This document shows, piece by piece, positions 28,663-37,526 of a stretch of 64,000 bases of DNA. The stretch covers positions 44,832-108,831 of the forward strand of contig JAISVX010000002.1 of the NCBI GenBank assembly GCA_031271345.1, given 5' to 3'. The DNA comes from Lactobacillaceae bacterium. Its GTDB lineage: Bacteria > Pseudomonadota > Alphaproteobacteria > RF32 > CAG-239. Both the position numbers and the translations under genes were made by a program. The notes below the pieces were generated by a model. It was given only the letters and a program-made list of their open reading frames with translations. It was not told the DNA's origin and did no database searches. Every line of letters begins with the position of its first letter. Position 1 is the first letter of the stretch.

Positions 28663-30135
28663 ATGACAGCAGAAACTAATATACATAGAGATTCAAGAAT
28701 AGCTAAATTAAAAACTTTGCAAGAAAAAGGATACAATCCTTATCCATATCGTTTCAAGCCGACTGCTTTGGCGGCGGATTTGCAGGAAAAATATAAAGAT
28801 CTTGAAGCGGGCATTGATACGGAAGACAGATATACTTTGGCTGGAAGAGCAATGTCTGTAAGAAACAGCGGTATGTTTATTGATTTGAAGGATGAAAGCG
28901 GAAAGATTCAAATTTTCTGCCATAAAAACCACCTTTCCGAAGAAGATTTGGAGCTTTTGAAATCTCTTGACGTCGGTGATATTGTCGGTGTAACGGGATA
29001 TATTAGAAGAACTCCGAGAGGCGAGTTGTCTTTGGCGGCTGAAAGATTTGACATCATTGCGAAAGCTTTGCAGCCCTTGCCGGAAAAATTTCATGGCTTA
29101 ACAGATATGGAAGCCCGCTACCGTCAGCGTTATGTGGATTTTATTGTTAATGAAGAAAGCAAAGAGATTTTCAAAAAGCGCAGCAAAGTTGTGTCATCCG
29201 TCCGCAGATATTTTGAAGAGAAGGGTTTTCTGGAGGTCGAAACTCCTATGCTTCAGCCGATTATGGGCGGAGCGAACGCAAGACCGTTTGTTACTCATCA
29301 CAATGCTTTGGATATGGATTTATATCTTCGTATTGCTACGGAGCTTTATCTGAAAAGACTTGTGGTCGGCGGTTTTGATAAAGTATTTGAAATCGGTCGC
29401 AATTTTAGAAATGAAGGCATTGATAAAAGCCACAACCCTGAATTTACCGCATTAGAAGCATATCAGGCTTATGCGGATTATAATGATATGGCGGATTTAA
29501 TAGAAGAACTGATACGTTATGTAACAAACAAGGTTCTTGGAACAACCATTATTGAGTTTAATGGAAATACAATAGATATTTCTAAACCTTTTGCCAAAAA
29601 ATCAATTATAGATTTGGTTAAGGAACATACCGGCGTAGATTTTCTGGGTGTTGAAAAATTAGCGGATGCGAAAAAACTTGCAAAATCTGTTGGCGTTGAC
29701 GCTGACGAATGTTCTTCCTGGGGCAAGGTAATTCAGGAAGTTTTTGACGAAAGAGTGGAGCATTTATTGGTTCAGCCGACATTCGTTATGGATATGCCGA
29801 GAGATATTTCTCCTCTGGCAAAAACCCATAGAACAAACCCGCGTTTGGTCGAACACTTTGACCTTTATATCGCGGCTATGGAAGTAGGCGTTGCGTATTC
29901 GGAATTATCAAATCCGTTGGAGCAGAGAGAAAGATTTGAATCTCAGGTTGCGGCGCGCGAAGCCGGTGATGAAGAAGCACAAATGATGGATGAAGATTTT
30001 ATTGACGCTTTAGAGCAGGGCTTTCCTCCTTCCGGCGGTTTGGGAATGGGCATGGACAGGCTTGCCATTCTTTTAACAAACGCTCCGTCAATTAGAGATG
30101 TGATAGCGTTTCCGACATTGAGAAAAAGAGACTAG
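28663..30135 (+). CDS. lysS: lysine--tRNA ligase, class II
   Basis: OB fold, RYRQRYVD, EVETPML, FRNEG..HNPEFT, GMGMDRL. Confidence 0.97.
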   Translation: MTAETNIHRDSRIAKLKTLQEKGYNPYPYRFKPTALAADLQEKYKDLEAGIDTEDRYTLAGRAMSVRNSGMFIDLKDESGKIQIFCHKNHLSEEDLELLKSLDVGDIVGVTGYIRRTPRGELSLAAERFDIIAKALQPLPEKFHGLTDMEARYRQRYVDFIVNEESKEIFKKRSKVVSSVRRYFEEKGFLEVETPMLQPIMGGANARPFVTHHNALDMDLYLRIATELYLKRLVVGGFDKVFEIGRNFRNEGIDKSHNPEFTALEAYQAYADYNDMADLIEELIRYVTNKVLGTTIIEFNGNTIDISKPFAKKSIIDLVKEHTGVDFLGVEKLADAKKLAKSVGVDADECSSWGKVIQEVFDERVEHLLVQPTFVMDMPRDISPLAKTHRTNPRLVEHFDLYIAAMEVGVAYSELSNPLEQRERFESQVAAREAGDEEAQMMDEDFIDALEQGFPPSGGLGMGMDRLAILLTNAPSIRDVIAFPTLRKRD

Positions 30136-30160
30136 GACTAATTCATAAAGAGGCTTCGGG

Positions 30161-31498
30161 ATGAAATCGTTTTTTTACAAACTTTGGGTTATAATCAGAA
30201 ATATTGGAATTATGCTGTTCTTTGTGGCTTTAACATTCCTGCTTCTGGAAAGTATTAAATATTATCAAAATATGTCTGAAGAGGACAGGGAGCAAGCTGT
30301 TATCTTAGTTGATGAGGAGGTCTTTATTGATGAAGATACCGGGGAAGAAATAATCGCGATAATAAAAGGCGTTGAGATTGATGAAATTGTTGTTCAGGAA
30401 GAAGCCGTCTCTGTCGATGTTAAGGAAGAAAGCGTTATAGAAGAAACTATTATTGAAGAGGTTATGGAAGAGATTGTTCCTGAGCCTGTCGTTATAATAG
30501 AAGAAACTCCGGCTGTGGTTGAAGTTGAAGAAGAACATACAGTTGTCGAGGCAATTGCCGTTTCTTCAGATGCGGCGTCTTCAAGCCAGGATAAATTTGT
30601 TAACGACTATTTTTCTTTTATTGAAATTGCAAAGACGTATAAACTTCCCGAAGAAGCTATCTTTGAGGAAAGCAGCGGTGTCGAGGAAGACAATTACAGC
30701 CTCTATGAAGAAGATTTGCCCCAAGACATAATTGTTGAAAGCGGCATTCATAAGGATATAAAAGATATAAAAGTCGAGCCGTCTCACAAGCCTCCGTATT
30801 TTGGTGACAAGCCTGTTATCGCAATAGTTATTGATGACATGGGCGTGAGCAAAAAACGAACAAAAGACATAAACAGTTTAATGTTTCCATTAACGTCTTC
30901 ATTCCTTACTTACGGCAATGACTTAAATGCTCAGGTTGAAGAATCTTTAAGAGCCGGACATGAAGTTATGGCTCATATCCCGATGGAAGCAAAAGGAAAA
31001 AAAGATGTTGCTCCCGATGTCTTAATGGTGTCAATGTCAGATCATGAAGTTATTGATAAGCTTGGCAGGATGATTGATAAATACCGCAATATCAAAGGCG
31101 TTAATAATCACATGGGAAGTAAGTTTACCGAAGATAAGTCTAAAATGTATGATGTTATGGAAGTGCTGCGCGAAAGAGGTTTGTTCTTTTTAGATTCCAG
31201 AACATCGGATAAATCTGCAGCCGAAGAAGCGGCGGATAAATATAAAGTTCCTTATGCAAACAGAAATGTATTTTTAGATAATGAAAATGATTTAAATTAT
31301 ATTTTGGGTCAGTTAAAAGCGGTGGAAAAACTGGCGGAGAAAAAAGGTTATGCGATAGCGATAGGACATCCAAAGTCTCAAACCTATCAGGCTCTTAAAC
31401 AATGGCTTCCAACGCTTGAGGACAAAGACCTTAAGCTGGTTCATTTAAGCGAGATAGTCGACGTTTTGAATAAACACATAGAAAATAGTAGTAACTGA
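30161..31498 (+). CDS. divergent polysaccharide deacetylase (YibQ-like) with acidic linker
   Basis: IAIVIDDMG, HIPME, NNHMGSKFT, FLDSRT, VFLDN, AIAIGHP. Confidence 0.88.
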   Translation: MKSFFYKLWVIIRNIGIMLFFVALTFLLLESIKYYQNMSEEDREQAVILVDEEVFIDEDTGEEIIAIIKGVEIDEIVVQEEAVSVDVKEESVIEETIIEEVMEEIVPEPVVIIEETPAVVEVEEEHTVVEAIAVSSDAASSSQDKFVNDYFSFIEIAKTYKLPEEAIFEESSGVEEDNYSLYEEDLPQDIIVESGIHKDIKDIKVEPSHKPPYFGDKPVIAIVIDDMGVSKKRTKDINSLMFPLTSSFLTYGNDLNAQVEESLRAGHEVMAHIPMEAKGKKDVAPDVLMVSMSDHEVIDKLGRMIDKYRNIKGVNNHMGSKFTEDKSKMYDVMEVLRERGLFFLDSRTSDKSAAEEAADKYKVPYANRNVFLDNENDLNYILGQLKAVEKLAEKKGYAIAIGHPKSQTYQALKQWLPTLEDKDLKLVHLSEIVDVLNKHIENSSN

Positions 31499-31509
31499 CA
31501 AAAAAACGC

Positions 31510-31538
31510 TTGACCTAAATAATTTTTGCAGGTATACA
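31510..31538 (+). promoter_or_regulatory. putative sigma70 promoter of tRNA-Glu
   Basis: TTGACC-17-TATACA. Confidence 0.55.
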
Positions 31539-31553
31539 TTCGCATAGTTTTAG

Positions 31554-31629
31554 GGTCCCATCGTCTAGAGGCCTAGGACACGTCCCTTTCACGGATGAAA
31601 CACGAGTTCGAATCTCGTTGGGATCACCA
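31554..31629 (+). tRNA. tRNA-Glu(TTC)
   Basis: Acceptor GGTCCCA/TGGGATC, anticodon arm CGTCC-CTTTCAC-GGATG, GTTCGAATC T loop, encoded CCA. Confidence 0.96.
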
Positions 31630-31833
31630 TTAAAACAAAATGCCGCCGGAAAGGCGGCATTTTTCATTTTAAATTGGTGTTCCCATCAGAAAAATTTCAA
31701 TCTTGCAGATTTTATTTTTCTGAAACGAGCGAGATTTTATTAAATTCAAAAGCTCTGCTGCCGCTATCGTTTTTTCATTAACTAAAATCCGTGATACGTA
31801 ATAAAAGACTGACTAAATGTCAGTCTTTTATTA
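31619..31833. repeat. tRNA-anchored multi-hairpin element, copy 1
   Basis: Terminator stem extended by a complement of the tRNA 3' end (31675-31685); hairpin 31686-31723; conserved core 31734-31788; hairpin 31799-31833. Confidence 0.65.
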
Positions 31834-31861
31834 CTATCCGTTAGGATTGTCTTAAGAAATT

Positions 31862-31888
31862 AAAAGCTCTTCACGGAGAAGAGCTTTA
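31862..31888. terminator. terminator of small lipoprotein gene
   Basis: AAAGCTCTTC-ACGGA-GAAGAGCTTT. Confidence 0.75.
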
Positions 31889-31914
31889 ATGTTTATACGT
31901 AAATCAAAAATTGA

Positions 31915-32058
31915 TTATTTGCAAGGAGCAACGATTTCAATAATTGAAATACCTAAGAAAGAGTGGTTTTCGCAAGTTTTTTGGCTGCCGATGTATCCAC
32001 GAGAACCTGTGCAAGCTGCAAGAGCGAATAAAACTGCAAGAATAGCTAATTTTTTCAT
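31915..32058 (-). CDS. small lipoprotein (47 aa, MKKLAILAVLFALAAC...VAPCK)
   Basis: Manual translation; AAGGA RBS; LAAC lipobox; terminator downstream. Confidence 0.8.
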   Translation of the reverse strand: MKKLAILAVLFALAACTGSRGYIGSQKTCENHSFLGISIIEIVAPCK

Positions 32059-32297
32059 CTTTATTATCCTTTTTTATATTTATACATTGATGCGCTTTAA
32101 TGCGCCACCAAAAAAATGATATAATGCGGTTGGGCAAAAATCAAATGAAAAAAACGGGATAAGCAAAAGCAGATTTTTCTGCGAATGAAACAATACGAAT
32201 AATGCTCAGAAATTCCTGCATTAAACAATGATAAAGCATATCTGAGAATGCGGTTCATTGTTGTGTATAAAATGTGGGAAAGCTTTTGAATTTATAA

Positions 32298-32343
32298 AAG
32301 AACACACCCCGTTGCATACATAATGCGCCGGGGTGTGTTCTTT
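32298..32343 (-). terminator. intrinsic terminator
   Basis: AAGAACACACCCC...GGGGTGTGTTCTT. Confidence 0.8.
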
Positions 32344-32352
32344 AGATTCGTG

Positions 32353-33402
32353 TTAAAGCTCAAGAGCTTTCCGAGGTGTTTGGAAACTGCCTTTTTTTAG
32401 CTCTTTCCTGATTTCTTCGTTGAAAATGTATTTTCCCGATTGGTCATACATTTTATCAACGGAGACAGCTTTGTAAGAGAACATCGGCATATCCAACAGT
32501 TCGTTGATGGTAATTTCATTTTCCCAGAGCAGGCGCAGCATGTAAAAATATTGCTTGGGTTCGCTGCCTGTTTTTCTAATCTCTCCTTTTGCGTCTTGGA
32601 GCAACAGCCATTCTCCTGCTTCTTCAAGATTCCCGTCATTTATTTTTTCCAGGAACGTTGAACGCAGAAAACCATATTTGCCCATTCTCATCGCCGCTAA
32701 GGTTACAACAGCCATTTGTTGTCTGGATAAAACGATTGCCGGCGACAGATTGTCGACAACAAGAGGTTTCCAATCCTGAGAAACAACAAACACCGCTTCG
32801 TCATAGGTCATGCCGTAGAAATTGTAGTCTTTTACAGGCTGGTCGTTGATAAACTTAAATCCAACCAAGGCTCTCGGACATTCGTTAGGTACTTCTTTCT
32901 GCACTCCGTCAAGGTAGGCTCTTCCGATTATGACGTTGTCGAATGAAAGCTCATATACCTGAACGGCTTGTTGTTTTTCTTCAGAACCGCAGCTTCTCCA
33001 CAGTAGAGAGATGAGCAGTATAAGAGCCAGAAGCGGAAGGATAACCAGCCATATTCTTTTTCCTTTTTGCTTTTCACCCCTTTGCTGAGGTCTGACTTTT
33101 TTCCGCCTTTTCAGTTTGGATAAAAGTCTGCCCCACCATTTGTATGTCAGGGCGAGAAGAACTCCGGCGGCAGCGGCGCAGAGATACGGCCAAATTTTAG
33201 GCACGATGTACGTAATGCCTTCCCAGAGAAGGATAAGACCTTTTCCGACAAGGATAACGACGATAACTGCGACAGCCAGAATCAGCAGCAGAAGCAAAAG
33301 CTTCGTCAGCGTTTTTAAGTTATAACGCATTGAGATTTCGCCTTTCCACCATTTTCCGTTGATTGTCTTGGCTGAGAAAATGTTTTTGATTTTTGTTTTC
33401 AT
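32353..33402 (-). CDS. membrane-anchored protein with divergent GH24 (phage lysozyme)-like domain
   Basis: 3 TM helices, then AYLDG, MTYDEA, LSRQQMAVV, FLRSTFLEKINDG..EEAGEW resembling GH24 motifs. Confidence 0.55.
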   Translation of the reverse strand: MKTKIKNIFSAKTINGKWWKGEISMRYNLKTLTKLLLLLLILAVAVIVVILVGKGLILLWEGITYIVPKIWPYLCAAAAGVLLALTYKWWGRLLSKLKRRKKVRPQQRGEKQKGKRIWLVILPLLALILLISLLWRSCGSEEKQQAVQVYELSFDNVIIGRAYLDGVQKEVPNECPRALVGFKFINDQPVKDYNFYGMTYDEAVFVVSQDWKPLVVDNLSPAIVLSRQQMAVVTLAAMRMGKYGFLRSTFLEKINDGNLEEAGEWLLLQDAKGEIRKTGSEPKQYFYMLRLLWENEITINELLDMPMFSYKAVSVDKMYDQSGKYIFNEEIRKELKKGSFQTPRKALEL

Positions 33403-33514
33403 AAAAAAATTGATTTGTGTTTATTTAACTTATGATTAGCTCAAATAAAAAAAGCATATTATGAAAACAATATATTATATATAATTTCCACAATAATGCT
33501 TTTTGATGTGGAAC

Positions 33515-33543
33515 AGTATAGCAGGAATTATATTTTCATGCAA
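33515..33543 (-). promoter_or_regulatory. putative sigma70 promoter
   Basis: TTGCAT-17-TATACT on minus strand with extended TG. Confidence 0.6.
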
Positions 33544-33585
33544 CAAAAAATAGACAAAATTTTTCCGAAGGTTTATTTGCCGTCT

Positions 33586-34800
33586 TTACAAGCTGTTTGG
33601 GTTTTGCTGAAAGTCTCTGCCGTTGAGCAAAGGATGGCTTCTTTTAACCTTTTTACTTATGTTTAAGCGCTCTCTGGCAATGTTTATACGAAGTTCCGGC
33701 GACTGTGGAAATTTTGTTTCGAGAAGCCCCCTGAAAGGAGAGTTCTTTTCTTGAGATACCATGTCAACAATGTTTAATCCGTCTTGTCCTTTGATGGATA
33801 AATCAGAATGCTGCAACAAATATCCAAACATTTCGATTTGATTGCTTTTATATGCGTGCATAATGGCTGTAAAACCTTTGTTGTCTTGTTCGTTGACAAA
33901 AGATTTTAAGCTTGCTTTTTTAGCTTTATTTTCTTGTTTTGTCTCGTTTGTCTGTTCATTTTCTTTGTCAGTGCATTCTTCAATAAAGAATTTAACGGTT
34001 TCAAGGCTTCCGGCTTTGACCGCTTTTGTTAAGACGTTTTCGCCGTCTTTATCTTTCATGCTTATATCGGCTTCATATTCGACTAACAATTTCGTAACGT
34101 CAAGGTGGTTATTTTCAACAGAAATCATGATTGCGGTTTTTTCTTCAATATTACGCAGGTTTACATCCGCTTTATTATCTAAATTATCTAATAAAAGTTT
34201 GGAGATGTCATGGCTTCCGTTTTTAGCGGAATACATAAGCGCGGTGTTGCCGTTAATATCTTTTTTGTTCAAATCCGCATTATGTTCAATAGCATATTTA
34301 ACCGCGTCAATATTTCCGACGTCGGTACACATCATCAAGAGAGTTTGTTTTTGGTCGTTTACGGCATTTATGTCTCCGCCGGCTTCAATATAAGCTTTTA
34401 ATGCTTCCACGCCGGTTTTGTCAGTTGCAAATACGCCCAGATTCGAATTTATGCCTTCGGCATCGCTAATGGCTAAAAGTTTTACCAAATTGGGATGAGA
34501 TTTAACAAATTCCGGAGTGATGTGTAGACTGCTGACATCCGCGCCGCGTCCGATTAACATAATTACCAGCTCGTCATTGCCTTTTTCAATCGCTATGCTT
34601 AGGGGGGTGCGCCCGCTGTTGTCTCTGGCATTTACGTCATAACCGTCTTTTATAAGCTGCATTACGCGGTCATTTAAACCTTCTTCGCATGCTTTGTGCA
34701 AAGCAGTGCATCCTTTTTCATCCGTATAGCCTTTTTTAGCCATATCTTCTATTTTGTGTTTATTCAAACGTTTTTCAAAGTTGTCTGGATTATCTTGCAT
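33586..34800 (-). CDS. ankyrin repeat protein
   Basis: Multiple G.TALH/TPL/TALM..A...G.......LL...ADVN repeats. Confidence 0.92.
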   Translation of the reverse strand: MQDNPDNFEKRLNKHKIEDMAKKGYTDEKGCTALHKACEEGLNDRVMQLIKDGYDVNARDNSGRTPLSIAIEKGNDELVIMLIGRGADVSSLHITPEFVKSHPNLVKLLAISDAEGINSNLGVFATDKTGVEALKAYIEAGGDINAVNDQKQTLLMMCTDVGNIDAVKYAIEHNADLNKKDINGNTALMYSAKNGSHDISKLLLDNLDNKADVNLRNIEEKTAIMISVENNHLDVTKLLVEYEADISMKDKDGENVLTKAVKAGSLETVKFFIEECTDKENEQTNETKQENKAKKASLKSFVNEQDNKGFTAIMHAYKSNQIEMFGYLLQHSDLSIKGQDGLNIVDMVSQEKNSPFRGLLETKFPQSPELRINIARERLNISKKVKRSHPLLNGRDFQQNPNSL

Positions 34801-34908
34801 GCCGAATTTTCCTAATATTATTTAAACATTATTTTAAGCGTTAATTTCAATTTTGTCAAGTTATGCTTTATACTGGACAAAAACGAAGGCCGTCGGCGTT
34901 TAAAATGC

Positions 34909-34937
34909 AAAGCTCCGATTTTCATCGGAGCTTTTTT
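34909..34937. terminator. terminator
   Basis: AAAGCTCCGAT-TTTC-ATCGGAGCTTT. Confidence 0.8.
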
Positions 34938-34953
34938 AAGATTAACTAATAAA

Positions 34954-35559
34954 CTATTTTCTCTTTCCTTTGAAAAGGTTTTTTACCACATCGAAAGAGA
35001 CGTATAAGTCAACTTCGAACTGCAGTTTCGATAACCCGAAACCGTTTTTGCTGGCAAATCCTTGAGCTACCCAGAACCCGCCGCTGAGATTTTTGCAGAT
35101 GTTGAAAGGAATAAAAAAGCCCAAGCTCGCTTCCAAATTCGAATCTACAAAAAATATCGGCTGCAGATTTATCGGCTTGAGGTCGAAGTCGTGCCATATC
35201 ATGGCAAGCCCGTAGAGTTGTCCCTGACTATAGCTTACCAAACCGCGGTAATAGGTGTTTTCTTTGAAAACACCGTCATAAGCCAGACCGCCGCCGAAAG
35301 ACCAGTCTTTTTCGTACTCGTATGTTTCAACGAAGCCGTAAAATCCCCGGTATGCAAGCCCCGTTCTGAAAATGTGGCTTGCTCCTGGTCCTAAATATAC
35401 CTCCGACAGCGATGTCAGCGGATAATTAGGCTTCTCCAGTATTATTCCAGGGTCTTCTTTTTTTTCAGCTTTGAAAGCTTCTTTGTTAGTTACTTGCTCT
35501 TGCGCGAAACCTGCCAAAGTGAAAAGGCAAAATACGGAGAAAAGGATAATTTTTTTCAT
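34954..35559 (-). CDS. exported protein, probable outer-membrane beta-barrel
   Basis: Signal peptide MKKIILF...AGFAQ; alternating aromatic/Gly beta strands. Confidence 0.6.
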   Translation of the reverse strand: MKKIILFSVFCLFTLAGFAQEQVTNKEAFKAEKKEDPGIILEKPNYPLTSLSEVYLGPGASHIFRTGLAYRGFYGFVETYEYEKDWSFGGGLAYDGVFKENTYYRGLVSYSQGQLYGLAMIWHDFDLKPINLQPIFFVDSNLEASLGFFIPFNICKNLSGGFWVAQGFASKNGFGLSKLQFEVDLYVSFDVVKNLFKGKRK

Positions 35560-35686
35560 CTGTGAAGTTTTATTTAGTTTTAACTTAGTTTCCAATAATA
35601 CGCTAATGTGTAAAGTAGTGTATAAAGTATAGTATATTTATTTGTCCAATGCAAGAGCAATTTGGACAAAAGACGCGGTTTCTTAT

Positions 35687-36889
35687 TTAAAATTCTTCTT
35701 CTTCGTCATTTATATGTATGTTGAGCTTTATAGAAAGAAATCCTATAAGAGCGATAAGTATGGTCAAAAACGCCATAAGATATTTTATATATTCAAGATT
35801 ATTTATTATGCCGATGAAAAACAACAGAATAAAGCCGGAAATCCTGCCCATATTAAGAAAAGTTTCTCTTACCGCAAAGTATTCGATTTTAAATTTGTTT
35901 TTTATATGTTTATCGTTAGAGACATTAAATAAGTTTATGTCGGTAATGCTCAGCAATAATTGTACGGCGGTAATGTAGCAGAAATTATATAATATAAAAG
36001 ATGTTTTTGTTGTAAAAAATATAAAAACAAAAGAACTCAAAATGGCAAGGCTGCCTGATACTGTGAGCAGTTTGGGAAAAGATTTTCTGGTTGCGAATCT
36101 GCCGAATATAAAGTTCATTACAACAGCGCAGAAAGTGAATATTGATGTTAAAATTCCCAAATTTAAATTGGTTTTAAACACATAAACAACATATAAAACC
36201 AAAGCGATTGGCAGGGTTCCGTTAATCGTTATTCCTTTTAGATATTCGACAATATATACTTTTCTAACGAGAGCGTTTTGTTTTAAATTTTTTAAATATT
36301 CCCATAACTCAAATTTTTTACTTGAAGTAATTTGAGATTTTATAAAAAGTGAAATTATAAACTCTATTGCCGCAATAATCGCAAGAACAAAAGCGGTTTC
36401 CGCAAATGAGCCAAAAGTTATGAACGCCCCCAAAGCAAGGGGTGCGCAAATGGCAACGCCACCGTTTATGGCGTTTGTATATCCATAAAACTTTGACATG
36501 GTTTTTTTATTAACTTTTTCCGAAATAATAACATTATAAGGCAGGGCATATAAGGTTACGGCAATTCCGTATAAGGCGCCGAGAAAAGAGACATAGTTTA
36601 ATATTTTTTCCTGAAAAATCATAATGATTAATAAGTAGGCGAAATTTAAGATAAGACTTGTCCGAAATAAAATCATTTTGTTTCTGCGCTTTGCAAAATC
36701 TGCAAAAATAAGAAAACCAATGCCGACAAAAAAAGCATAAACAATTTGGTATAAAGAAATCGGAATAATATTGTTGTTGGCAATCTGCATTATATACGCG
36801 ATTAAAAAGGTGTTGAAAAAAGCGTCGGAAACAGCTCTTACCGCTCTAAATGTCATTATAGTTTTTATGTCTTTGGTAATTTTATTCAT
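35687..36889 (-). CDS. MFS transporter
   Basis: About 12 TM helices, 400 aa. Confidence 0.8.
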   Translation of the reverse strand: MNKITKDIKTIMTFRAVRAVSDAFFNTFLIAYIMQIANNNIIPISLYQIVYAFFVGIGFLIFADFAKRRNKMILFRTSLILNFAYLLIIMIFQEKILNYVSFLGALYGIAVTLYALPYNVIISEKVNKKTMSKFYGYTNAINGGVAICAPLALGAFITFGSFAETAFVLAIIAAIEFIISLFIKSQITSSKKFELWEYLKNLKQNALVRKVYIVEYLKGITINGTLPIALVLYVVYVFKTNLNLGILTSIFTFCAVVMNFIFGRFATRKSFPKLLTVSGSLAILSSFVFIFFTTKTSFILYNFCYITAVQLLLSITDINLFNVSNDKHIKNKFKIEYFAVRETFLNMGRISGFILLFFIGIINNLEYIKYLMAFLTILIALIGFLSIKLNIHINDEEEEF

Positions 36890-37517
36890 TTATTTCTTCT
36901 TTTGCGGCGGTAAGAAAACTTTGGAGTATTTTGGTTCTCTTCTGCGCGATTTTTTTTGCTGTTTTGGTGTTCATTAAATCGGCAACGACTAAAAGTCTTT
37001 CGTAAAATAAATCTACCGCATAAGCTAACGATTCAGGTTTTCTGTTTTCGCAAAAAGGGTCGTTGGTGTTGTAAAACGCTTTGTTCATTGAGCCTGCGGA
37101 TGCGAAAGTTCTCATTATTGCAATTGCGCCGGTCGCTTCTATTCTGTCGGCATCCTGTAAAATTGCGCTTTCAATTGAATGAGGTTTTTTCTTACTTGAG
37201 AAAGAACAGTTTTCTATACATAAAGCCGCTTCGTTTATTTTTTCTTTTGGATATTCAGAGATGGAAACTAAAACTTCTTTCGCTTTTTTTGCACTGTCAA
37301 TGGCGCTTAATTTGCTTTTTGGAGAGTCTTTCGGGTAACAGATTATATCATGAAAAAGCGCGGCTGGAATTAGTATATCCAGGTCGGCTTTTTCTTTTTT
37401 GGCGATTTTTTTACATAGATTAAGGCACCTTAGCGCATGAGAGAAATCGTGTGAACAATCGTTTTTGATGTTTTCTCTTACATAATTAATTAAAAAATCT
37501 TCAGTTTTATTTTTCAT
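36882..37517 (-). CDS. HD-domain phosphohydrolase (YedJ-like)
   Basis: SHDFSH, AALFHDI, LQDADRIEATGAI. Confidence 0.88.
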   Translation of the reverse strand: MKNKTEDFLINYVRENIKNDCSHDFSHALRCLNLCKKIAKKEKADLDILIPAALFHDIICYPKDSPKSKLSAIDSAKKAKEVLVSISEYPKEKINEAALCIENCSFSSKKKPHSIESAILQDADRIEATGAIAIMRTFASAGSMNKAFYNTNDPFCENRKPESLAYAVDLFYERLLVVADLMNTKTAKKIAQKRTKILQSFLTAAKEEINE

Positions 37518-37526
37518 TGCAACGCT

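Noticed and set aside
31669-31812. Minus-strand open frame (SVFYYVSRILVNEK...MGTPI) across the tRNA-Glu trailer
   Set aside because: No convincing start or RBS, and the frame is not preserved in the tRNA-His copy (5-nt indel); conservation is at nucleotide level
31889-32137. ORF-track calls 31889..32119 (+) and 31937..32137 (-)
   Set aside because: Shadow frames of the 47-aa lipoprotein, which has an RBS, lipobox and terminator
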